From Chthoniobacteraceae bacterium (GTDB lineage Bacteria; Verrucomicrobiota; Verrucomicrobiia; Chthoniobacterales; Chthoniobacteraceae), in contig JBEBGD010000040.1 of the NCBI GenBank assembly GCA_040081625.1, forward strand, positions 1 to 43,047: 43,047 nucleotides of DNA. The letters run 5' to 3'. The translations under genes and the position numbers were made by a program. This document shows positions 28,936 to 36,932 of this stretch, piece after piece; position 1 is the first letter of the stretch, and each line of letters starts with the position of its first letter. The notes below the pieces were generated by a model, which made no database searches, was not told where the DNA came from, and worked only from the letters and a program-made list of their open reading frames with translations.

Positions 28936-29381
28936 GGGCCGGGAGTGTCGGGGTTGACCTCGATATAATCCAGCGCCCACTCGCGCATAAACCGCACGCG
29001 CCCGGGTCGCATCCGGTAGATGATCAGCTCGGGATTGTCCGGCGTGCCGAGGTAGCGGCGCAGCAGCGGATTGCCTTCCCAGATCGCGTCGAGCAGCGCG
29101 CGATCGGTGAGCACTTCAGCCGTCGCGGTGATGCGGACCTGGTCGTGTTGCTCGTCGAGGTAGCACAACTCGCAGCGCGGATTCGCCGCGAGTTCGGCGG
29201 TCTTGCCGTAGCTGCGCAGGTTCGCGACGAAAACGGTGAACTCCTCGGTGCGCACCGGCGAGACCGGTCGCAAGCGCGGCTGCCCCGCAGGATCGACGGT
29301 CGCGAGCATCGGGAACTTCGCGCGCTTGATCGTCTCGAGGGCGGCGGCGCGGGCGTCAGCAACGGGTGCGGGTGCAGGCAT
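28932..29381 (-). CDS. Pyridoxamine 5'-phosphate oxidase-like FMN-binding split-barrel protein
   Basis: MLATVDPAGQPRLRPV, KTAELAANPRCEL and QVRITATAE. Start ATG 29381. Confidence 0.85.
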   Translation of the reverse strand: MPAPAPVADARAAALETIKRAKFPMLATVDPAGQPRLRPVSPVRTEEFTVFVANLRSYGKTAELAANPRCELCYLDEQHDQVRITATAEVLTDRALLDAIWEGNPLLRRYLGTPDNPELIIYRMRPGRVRFMREWALDYIEVNPDTPGP

Positions 29382-29422
29382 GGGTCTGACCGTAGTGAGG
29401 CGTCGTCCGGATATCCAGCAGC

Positions 29423-29451
29423 TTGCCATCGCGCGGGCGGTGGCGGATTCT
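29423..29451 (+). promoter_or_regulatory. Possible sigma70-type promoter for the WXG100 operon
   Basis: TTGCCA (29423-29428), a 17 nt spacer, then GATTCT (29446-29451) in the divergent intergenic region. Confidence 0.35.
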
Positions 29452-29499
29452 CCGGTCATGTCCGCCCATGCACTGAAACTCGAACCAACTCGATAGACT

Positions 29500-29772
29500 A
29501 TGGCTCAAGCAATCATGGATCCCGAGGAGGTGCGGCGCTTCGCCAAGGAGCTAAAGCGCTTCAACGAAGACGTGCAGACGCGCGCCGCCGCGCTCCATGC
29601 GCGCTTCACGAACCTGAGCAGCACGTGGCAGGATCAGGAGCACGAGAAGTTCGCGGAGGAGTTCGTCTCGACGATGAAGGTGCTGCGCAAGTTCATGGAG
29701 GTCGCCGAGAAGCACACGCCCTTCCTTCTCCGCAAGGCGCAGCGGATCGAGGAATACCTCGACCAGCGGTGA
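29500..29772 (+). CDS. WXG100-family protein (W-Q-D variant)
   Basis: 90 aa with an all-helical pattern, N-terminal MDPEEVRRFA, central W43 (STWQD) and C-terminal FLLRKAQRIEEY. Lies in an operon with an FtsK/EccC-like ATPase. Confidence 0.88.
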   Translation: MAQAIMDPEEVRRFAKELKRFNEDVQTRAAALHARFTNLSSTWQDQEHEKFAEEFVSTMKVLRKFMEVAEKHTPFLLRKAQRIEEYLDQR

Positions 29773-29775
29773 CCC

Positions 29776-30300
29776 ATGGCTGATCAGGCGAAAGTCACAT
29801 CAATCGATGTGCTCGAATCCTTCCGGGTCGCGCTCATTTCGTTCCTGAGCGAGTCGCGGCGCAGCCTCGATGAAGTGACCGACGCCGTGCGGCGCACGCG
29901 GATGTGGCTGGAGACGGATCAGCGCACGCATTGGGAAGGCCAGATCCGCCGGCGCCAGAAGGTGCTCCAGGAAGCGGAGGCGGAGCTTTTCGGCGCGAAG
30001 CTTTCGCCGCTGCGCGAAGTCAGCGCGAAGCAGCAGGAGGCCGTGCGTCGCGCGCGTCGCGCCGTCGCAGAGGCGGAGGAAAAGCTGCGCAACGTGAAGA
30101 AGTGGAACCGCGACTACGACAGCGTCGTCGAGCCGATGACCAAGCGACTCGAGGGGCTGCGCTACTTTCTCGATCACGACATGATCAAGGCGCTCGCCTT
30201 TCTCGTGCAGGCGCAGAAGACGCTGGAAGGCTACGCCGAAGTGCAGCTCCAGAACCCCGCGCCCGCTCCCGCCGAACCGCTGCCGGAGGACGCGCCATGA
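29776..30300 (+). CDS. Elongated WXG100-like coiled-coil protein
   Basis: 174 aa, helical. The N- and C-terminal helices align by eye with the upstream WXG100 protein (FxxxLxxF, W44, FLx6LExY). Confidence 0.75.
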   Translation: MADQAKVTSIDVLESFRVALISFLSESRRSLDEVTDAVRRTRMWLETDQRTHWEGQIRRRQKVLQEAEAELFGAKLSPLREVSAKQQEAVRRARRAVAEAEEKLRNVKKWNRDYDSVVEPMTKRLEGLRYFLDHDMIKALAFLVQAQKTLEGYAEVQLQNPAPAPAEPLPEDAP

Positions 30301-30509
30301 ACGTCGCGGGCTGCGCCGAGAATCTCGCGCAGGCTTTGAAAGAGCTGCGCATCGAGTGGGAACGCGTGGGCGGTTACTGGCGCGACGCGAAGCGCGACGA
30401 GTTCGAGCACAAATATCTCGAGACCCTGCCCAACGACGTGCCGCGCGCGGCGCTCGTCGTGAAGGAAATCGCCGCGGTGCTCGAGCGGGTGCGAAAGGAT
30501 TGTGAGTAG
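30297..30509 (+). CDS. Small WXG100-like protein (70 aa, W-R-D)
   Basis: ATGA overlap at 30297-30300. MNVAG...WERVGGYWRDAKRDEFEHKY shares WxD-x5-F-x3-[FY] with the 29500 gene. In the track it is hidden as the C-terminus of ORF 29904..30509. Confidence 0.75.
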   Translation: MNVAGCAENLAQALKELRIEWERVGGYWRDAKRDEFEHKYLETLPNDVPRAALVVKEIAAVLERVRKDCE

Positions 30510-33500
30510 CCGGATGGATTTGCGCACCAGCCGCAGCCTCGAACTGCTTGCCAGCTTCGTGCAAACCGTCGGCGAATTCGCCGCGCGCGAGGAGCAGTTT
30601 GCGAAGACGTTTCGCACGCGCCGGCAGGCGGCGAATCGCAAGCGCAACGACGCGCTCGCGCGGATCGATGCGCACCTTGCGGCGCAGATCGAGGAGGCGG
30701 ACGCGGATTTTTCCCGGCAGCTTGAAGCGGCGCATGCGCTTCATGCGACCCGCGGCGAACGAATCCAGCGCACGCACAACAAGTGCATCCGCGATGTGCT
30801 CACCCTCGCGCGGCGGAAAAAGGAGAAGTGGCTGAACGATCTTCAACTTCGCCATTTTCACGCGAAGCGGCAGCTCCCGCTCGACTTCAAGGCCGCGGAC
30901 TCGGAGCTGGCTGCGTTTTTCGAGCGCCTCGCGGTGGAGCGCGCCGCGCTCATGGAAATCCGCGACCGCACACAGCGCGCATTCGGCGGGTATCCGTCCT
31001 TCTCCCGTTTGCTGAGCCGCGGGGCGGAAAGCTCGGCGGCAGGCGGCGCGGATCGCGATCGTCTGCTCGACGAGCTTCGCGCGGCCATCGAGACGACCGG
31101 GCGGCACCTCGTCGAGTTTCGTGCGCTGGTCCTCCCGCGCCTGTTCAGCATCGTGCCGCCGATCCTGATCATCGTGCTGCTGCTCATCGGTGGCGGCGTC
31201 TTCGCGTTTCGGCTTGGGTTCGATCCGGTGGCGTTCGGTATCGCGGGCGCAGTCGTCGCGGCGTCGCTCGCGGTGATCTTTGCGATTCATTTCGCCGGCC
31301 GCCGGCAGGGGATGGCCTCGGCCACGGCGGTGGCGGATTTGCTGATCGAAGCGGTGCGCCTTCACGACGCCTGTGCCGCCGCGGCGCAGGCGAAGGACGC
31401 CGACGACCGCGCGCGCATTCAGCGCGGCTACGATCAGCTCGGCACGGATATCCGCGAACAATGGAGTCGTGGCGACGAGATCGAGACGGAAATCTCCGCC
31501 GCCGCGCGCACGAAGATTTCCAGTCAGGTCCCGCGTCTTCTTTCGAAGAATGAAGCGCTGCACCAGGCGCGATTGCAGCGGATCGAATCGCTCCGCGCGG
31601 CCCGCTTTGCGGAGATCGATGCCGCAGCCGATGTGCAGCGCGCCGAGTTTGCGGAGGTTGGCGACGCTGGCGTCGCCGAAGTCGGGGACGAAGAGCACGA
31701 GCAGTGGGCAGCGATCGATCGTGAGTGGAGGAGCCGCATGACGTCGCTCCACGAAGCGGTCGCTGAAATGAATGCCGCCGCGCATTTCCCCGCGTGGGGC
31801 TCGGGCTTTGTCGAGACGTGGAAGCCGGCGACGGACTTCGTCGCCGCGACGAAATTCGGCCGGCTCGATCTCGACCTGAGCGCGCTGCCCGGCGGGCATC
31901 CGCAGCAGCTCGAACTGCCCGGCGACCCGCACGTTTCCATCCCGCTCGCGCTCGAATTTCCCGGGCAGGGTTCGATGCTCTTCGAGATGGGCGCAGGCGA
32001 TTCGATCAAGCCGACGCTCAACAGCGTCGTGCTGCGGCTGCTCGCGGCGATGCCGGCGGGCAAGGTCAGCTTCACCGTCATCGATCCAGTGGGGCTCGGG
32101 CAGGATTTCGGCGGGCTCATGCACCTCGGCGATTACGAGGAGAGCCTCATCAACCGCCGCATCTGGACGCAGCGTGATCAGATCGAGGACCGTCTCGCCG
32201 AGCTGAACGAGCACATCGAGAAAGTCATCCAGATGTATCTGCGCGACGAATACGCGAGCATCAGCGAATACAACGCGCAGGCCGGCAGCGTGGCGGAGAA
32301 ATACTACTTTGTGGTCATCGCCGATTTTCCCGCGGGCTTCAGCGAGATGGCGGCGAAGCGCCTCCAGAGCATCATCGTGAGCGGCCCGCGCTGCGGCGTC
32401 TTCACGCTCATTCACTGGGATGTGCGCCAGCCGTTGCCCGACGGTTTTTCCGCCGATGAGCTGCGCAAGAGCGGCGTGCGACTCGTGCGCGAGGCGAATG
32501 GATGGCTGCTCACGCCGGAGCAGGCGGCGGTGAGCGCGCTCGTCTTCGATCCGCCGCCGGAGCAGGAGGTCGCGCTCGCGCTCGTCCACAAGATCGGCAA
32601 GGCGAGCATCGACTCGAATCGCGTCGAGGTGCCGTTCACGCACGTCATCCCGAGGCCGGACGACATGTGGACCGGCGACACGACGACCGAGGTGCGCGTC
32701 GCGATCGGGCGGACCGGCGCGACGAAGCTCCAGTATCTCGCGATCGGCAAAGGCACGAAGCAGCACGCGCTCTTTGCGGGCAAGACCGGCTCGGGCAAAT
32801 CGACGCTCTTCCACGTCATCATCACCAACCTCGCGCTGTGTTGCAGCCCTGATCAGGTCGAGTTCTACCTCATCGATTTCAAGAAAGGCGTCGAGTTCAA
32901 GTGCTACGCCACGAGCGGCCTGCCGCATGCGCGTGTCGTCGCGATCGAGAGTGACCGCGAGTTTGGTCTCAGCGTGCTCCAGCGCGTCGATGACGAACTC
33001 AAGCGCCGCGGCGACATGTTCCGAAAGCTCGGCGTGCAAGACATCCCCGGCTACAAGCGCGTCGGCGGCACCGAGCCGATGCCGCGCGTGCTGCTGATGA
33101 TCGACGAGTTCCAGGAGTTCTTCACCGAGGACGACGAGATCGCGCAGACGGCGTCGCTGCTTTTCGACCGGATCGTGCGGCAAGGCCGCGCGTTCGGCAT
33201 CCACGTGCTGCTCGGCTCGCAGACGCTTGGCGGCGCTTACACGCTCGCGCGTGCGACGCTCGGGCAGATGGTCATTCGCGTGGCGCTCCAGTGCAACGAA
33301 GCCGACGCGTATCTCATCATGGACGAGAACAACTCCGCGCCGCGCCTGCTCTCGCGCCCCGGCGAAGGCATCTACAACGACGCGGCTGGCGCGGTCGAGG
33401 GCAACAGCCCGTTCCAGGTCGTGTGGCTCTCGGATGAAGAGCGCGACCGCTGGCTAAGCCACGTGAGCCTGCTCGCGGCGAAGCATCACGACACGCATCC

Positions 33501-34365
33501 CGGCCCGATCGTTTTCGAAGGCAACGCGCCCGCCGAGATTCGCGAGAACCGTGCGCTCGCCGCGGCGCTCGAATCAAAGCCGCTCGCACTCCCGCCCGCC
33601 GCACGCGTGTGGCTCGGCGCGCCGAATTCGATCAAAGGTCCTACCGAAGCGGTCTTCCAACGGCAGGCGGGGAATCACCTGCTCGTCGTCGGCCAGCGCG
33701 AGGAATCGGCGCTCACGATGCTCGGCGTCGGTCTCATCAGCCTCGCGGCGCAGCATCCCATCGGCACGGCAAAGTTCATCCTGCTGCACAGCGCAACGCC
33801 GGGCTCGTCGGACGCGGAATTCCTCGAACGCATCTGCGCCGCGATCCCGCACGGCGTGCGCGCGATCGGCGGGCTGGAAGTCCCTGCGGTAATGAGGGAG
33901 GTGGCCGAGGAGTTGAAGGCGCGCGGCAACGGCGAGTCGGTGCACGGAGTCTCAATCTTCGTGCTCATCCACGGATTGCAACGGTTCAAGAAGCTGCGGC
34001 AGGAGGACGACTTCGACTTCTCGAGCGACGCGGGCACGAGCCCCGGCGCGCAGTTCACTGCGCTGATCACCGAAGGCAGCACCCACGGCATTCACCTCAT
34101 CGCAACGGTCGATACCTACAACAACGTGACCCGCTTCCTGAGCCGGAAGGCGCAGAGCGAAATCGAAATGCGGGTCGTCTTCCAGATGAGTGTGAACGAC
34201 TCCGCGAGCCTCATCGACACGCCGAAAGCGAGCACGCTCGGCCTCCACCGCGCGCTGCTTTACAACGAGCAGCAGGGAACGCTCGAGACGTTCCGGCCCT
34301 ACGCGATGCCCGACGCGGAATGGATCGCGGAAGTGGCTGCAAAGCTCGCGCACAAGGCGATGTAG
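30502..34365 (+). CDS. Membrane-anchored FtsK/SpoIIIE-family ATPase, EccC/EssC-like
   Basis: Coiled coil, two TM helices, a second coiled coil, then three FtsK-like domains. The central domain has Walker A GKTGSGKS (32779-32802), IDFKKG, Walker B LLMIDEFQ and RQGRAFGIHVLLGSQ. Confidence 0.9.
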   Translation: MSSRMDLRTSRSLELLASFVQTVGEFAAREEQFAKTFRTRRQAANRKRNDALARIDAHLAAQIEEADADFSRQLEAAHALHATRGERIQRTHNKCIRDVLTLARRKKEKWLNDLQLRHFHAKRQLPLDFKAADSELAAFFERLAVERAALMEIRDRTQRAFGGYPSFSRLLSRGAESSAAGGADRDRLLDELRAAIETTGRHLVEFRALVLPRLFSIVPPILIIVLLLIGGGVFAFRLGFDPVAFGIAGAVVAASLAVIFAIHFAGRRQGMASATAVADLLIEAVRLHDACAAAAQAKDADDRARIQRGYDQLGTDIREQWSRGDEIETEISAAARTKISSQVPRLLSKNEALHQARLQRIESLRAARFAEIDAAADVQRAEFAEVGDAGVAEVGDEEHEQWAAIDREWRSRMTSLHEAVAEMNAAAHFPAWGSGFVETWKPATDFVAATKFGRLDLDLSALPGGHPQQLELPGDPHVSIPLALEFPGQGSMLFEMGAGDSIKPTLNSVVLRLLAAMPAGKVSFTVIDPVGLGQDFGGLMHLGDYEESLINRRIWTQRDQIEDRLAELNEHIEKVIQMYLRDEYASISEYNAQAGSVAEKYYFVVIADFPAGFSEMAAKRLQSIIVSGPRCGVFTLIHWDVRQPLPDGFSADELRKSGVRLVREANGWLLTPEQAAVSALVFDPPPEQEVALALVHKIGKASIDSNRVEVPFTHVIPRPDDMWTGDTTTEVRVAIGRTGATKLQYLAIGKGTKQHALFAGKTGSGKSTLFHVIITNLALCCSPDQVEFYLIDFKKGVEFKCYATSGLPHARVVAIESDREFGLSVLQRVDDELKRRGDMFRKLGVQDIPGYKRVGGTEPMPRVLLMIDEFQEFFTEDDEIAQTASLLFDRIVRQGRAFGIHVLLGSQTLGGAYTLARATLGQMVIRVALQCNEADAYLIMDENNSAPRLLSRPGEGIYNDAAGAVEGNSPFQVVWLSDEERDRWLSHVSLLAAKHHDTHPGPIVFEGNAPAEIRENRALAAALESKPLALPPAARVWLGAPNSIKGPTEAVFQRQAGNHLLVVGQREESALTMLGVGLISLAAQHPIGTAKFILLHSATPGSSDAEFLERICAAIPHGVRAIGGLEVPAVMREVAEELKARGNGESVHGVSIFVLIHGLQRFKKLRQEDDFDFSSDAGTSPGAQFTALITEGSTHGIHLIATVDTYNNVTRFLSRKAQSEIEMRVVFQMSVNDSASLIDTPKASTLGLHRALLYNEQQGTLETFRPYAMPDAEWIAEVAAKLAHKAM

Positions 34366-34410
34366 ATTTTTACGTGCGCCATCGCTCGGCAGCGACGACG
34401 GTGCGCGCCT

Positions 34411-35676
34411 ATGTCATTTCGTGCCCTCGGGCTTGGAGAAGAGATCAATAAAGCCATTCAGGAAGCCGGTTACACCGAGCCTACTCCCATCCAGGCGGCG
34501 GCGATCCCGCTCGTGCTTGGGGGCGAGGACGTCATCGGTATCGCGCAGACTGGCACCGGCAAGACCGCGGCTTTCACGCTGCCGATGCTCGCGCTGATGC
34601 GCGGCAAGGTCGGCGATGGAGGACGACGACAGACGCGTGCGCTCGTGGTGGCGCCGACGCGCGAACTGGTGGTGCAGATCCACGAGAACGTGCAGGCTTA
34701 CGCGAAGCACCTGCCGCTCGAAGTTGCGACGGTCTTCGGTGGCGTGAGCGAGCGCCCGCAGATGGCCGCGCTGCGGCACGGGGTCGATCTCGTGATCGCG
34801 ACGCCCGGACGCCTGCTCGACTTGATGAACCAGCGGTGCGCGGATTTCACCCGGCTCGAGTTTCTCGTGCTCGATGAAGCCGACCGGATGCTCGACATGG
34901 GCTTCCTCCCGGACATCCGGCGCATCGTGAAGGCGCTGCCGCAGAAACGGCAGACGCTGATGTTCTCGGCGTCGTTCTCGCCGGAGATCGAACGCCTCAC
35001 GCACGACTTCCAGCGTGCGGCGAAGGTCGTGCAGATCGGCCGGCGGGCGAACCCGGCGGAGACGGTGACGCAGCTCGTCTATGAAGTATCGAAGGGGCTC
35101 AAGCCCGCGCTGCTCGCGCATCTGCTGCGCAATCCGGCGATGAACATGGTGCTGGTCTTCAGCCGCACGAAGCACGGCGCGGATCGCATCGCGCGGCAGC
35201 TCGAACGCGAGGGCGTGACGACTGCCACGCTGCACGCGAACCGCTCGCAAAACCAGCGGCTGCGTGCGCTCGAGGACTTCAAGAGCGGCAAGGTGCGCGT
35301 GCTCGTGGCGACCGACATCGCCGCGCGCGGCATAGACGTGGACGGCATCTCGCACGTCGTGAACTTCGATTTCCCCATGCACTCCGAGGACTACGTCCAC
35401 CGCATCGGCCGCACCGGCCGGGCGCAGGCGGTGGGCGATGCGATCAGCTTTGTGACGTCGGAGGATCACGGCCCGCTGCGGACGCTCGAGCGGTTCATCG
35501 GACGCGGAATCGTGCGGAAGAAGGCCGAGGGATTCGACTATGCGGCGGCTGCACCACCACCGCCGCCGCGTGAACCCCGTGGTCCGCGCGGGCAGCAACA
35601 GCAACGCCGAAATCAACCGCAGCAGCAGCGGCGGGATGGCGGTCGGGGTGGGTGGAGTTCGAGGGGGCGGCGATGA
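34411..35676 (+). CDS. rhlE: DEAD-box RNA helicase (RhlE-like)
   Basis: Q motif PTPIQ, AQTGTGKT, PTREL, LDEADRMLDMGF, HRIGRTGRA, and an R/G/Q-rich tail. Motif III reads SAS. Confidence 0.9.
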   Translation: MSFRALGLGEEINKAIQEAGYTEPTPIQAAAIPLVLGGEDVIGIAQTGTGKTAAFTLPMLALMRGKVGDGGRRQTRALVVAPTRELVVQIHENVQAYAKHLPLEVATVFGGVSERPQMAALRHGVDLVIATPGRLLDLMNQRCADFTRLEFLVLDEADRMLDMGFLPDIRRIVKALPQKRQTLMFSASFSPEIERLTHDFQRAAKVVQIGRRANPAETVTQLVYEVSKGLKPALLAHLLRNPAMNMVLVFSRTKHGADRIARQLEREGVTTATLHANRSQNQRLRALEDFKSGKVRVLVATDIAARGIDVDGISHVVNFDFPMHSEDYVHRIGRTGRAQAVGDAISFVTSEDHGPLRTLERFIGRGIVRKKAEGFDYAAAAPPPPPREPRGPRGQQQQRRNQPQQQRRDGGRGGWSSRGRR

Positions 35677-36887
35677 AATACGCGATCGTTTTCGTCGCGT
35701 TGCTGGCGGTTTGCGCGTGGTCTGCCGAAGCCGAATGGCCGCAGTTCCGCGGACCGACGGGGCAGGGGATTTCCGCGGCGACCGGGGTTCCGGTGAAATG
35801 GAGCGCGACGGAGAATGTCGCGTGGAGTGTCGAGGTGCCGGGGCGTGGGTGGTCTTCGCCGGTGTTCTCGAATGGGCGGCTGTATCTCACGAGCGCGGTC
35901 GATGATGGCGGCGTCATCACGCTGCGCGCGCTGTGCTTCGATGCGGTGGACGGGCGCACGCTTTGGGATACGACGGTGTTCACGCCCGAACCGGGGCCCG
36001 CGACAAAGATGCATCGCAAGAATTCCGCGGCGAGCCCGACGCCGATCGTGACGGAAGACCGGCTCTACGTTCACTTCGGCCACATGGGCACGGCGGCGCT
36101 CGATCTTTCCGGAAAGGTCGTCTGGCGGCAGACGGAGCTCGCATACCCGCCGGTGCATGGGACCGGCGGCTCGCCGATTCTCGCCGAGGGCGCACTTGTG
36201 TTTAGCTGCGATGGGCAGAGCGATCCTTTCGTGGTCGCGCTGGATGCAGCGACGGGCGCGGTGCGGTGGAAGGCGCCGCGCAATTCGCCGGCGATGAAAC
36301 AATTTTCCTTCTCCACGCCGCTGGCGGTGAAACGCGGTGGCGTGACGCAGATCATCAGCCCCGGCAGCGGGCTCGTCGGCGCGTATGATCTCAAGGATGG
36401 GCGCGAGCTGTGGCGGGTCGCATACGGCGAAGGCTACTCGGTCGTGCCGCGCCCGGTCTTTGCGCACGATCTCTTGTTCGTGAGCTCGAGCTTCGACAAG
36501 CCGACGCTCTACGCGGTTCGGCCCGACGGGACAGACGTCGCGTGGACGATCCCGAAAGGCGCACCGCACACCGCGTCCACGATCGTCGTTGGCGACGAGA
36601 TCTATTTCGTCTCGGACGGTGGCATCGCGACGTGTGCGGACGCGCGCACTGGCGACGTGCATTGGACGGAGCGGGTCGGCGGGAATTTTTCCGCGTCGCC
36701 GATCGCTGCCGAGGGGCGCATCTATTTCCAGAACGAAACAGGCATCGGCACCGTGATCGCGGCGGGCCGCAAGTTCGAGGTTCTCGCGACGAACGATCTC
36801 GCCGAGCCGACGCTCGCCTCGCCCGCCGTTGCGGATGGCGCGATTTTCATCCGCTCGGAGAAACGCCTCCGCCGCATCGGTCGCTGA
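35673..36887 (+). CDS. Secreted PQQ-binding-like (BamB-like) beta-propeller protein
   Basis: ATGA overlap, signal peptide, EWPQFRGPTGQG, PGRGWSSP and repeated ALDxxTGxxxW motifs. Confidence 0.88.
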   Translation: MKYAIVFVALLAVCAWSAEAEWPQFRGPTGQGISAATGVPVKWSATENVAWSVEVPGRGWSSPVFSNGRLYLTSAVDDGGVITLRALCFDAVDGRTLWDTTVFTPEPGPATKMHRKNSAASPTPIVTEDRLYVHFGHMGTAALDLSGKVVWRQTELAYPPVHGTGGSPILAEGALVFSCDGQSDPFVVALDAATGAVRWKAPRNSPAMKQFSFSTPLAVKRGGVTQIISPGSGLVGAYDLKDGRELWRVAYGEGYSVVPRPVFAHDLLFVSSSFDKPTLYAVRPDGTDVAWTIPKGAPHTASTIVVGDEIYFVSDGGIATCADARTGDVHWTERVGGNFSASPIAAEGRIYFQNETGIGTVIAAGRKFEVLATNDLAEPTLASPAVADGAIFIRSEKRLRRIGR

Positions 36888-36932
36888 AGTGCGGGAGTGC
36901 GTGATCGACTGCGCATCGTGTAAAAGGGACGC

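Noticed and set aside
29800..33204. 1134-aa minus-strand ORF, and many similar long overlapping ORFs (e.g. 575..2095, 8928..10328, 15909..17732, 24178..26046, 35613..37823)
   Set aside because: These are antisense or frame shadows of real genes caused by high-GC codon bias. They are Arg/Ala/His-rich with no motifs.
30502..34365. Calling the ATPase the cell-division DNA translocase FtsK or a conjugative coupling protein
   Set aside because: It has no gamma domain or 4TM FtsK N-terminus, it has tandem degenerate domains and WXG100 neighbours, and no relaxase or T4SS genes are present.
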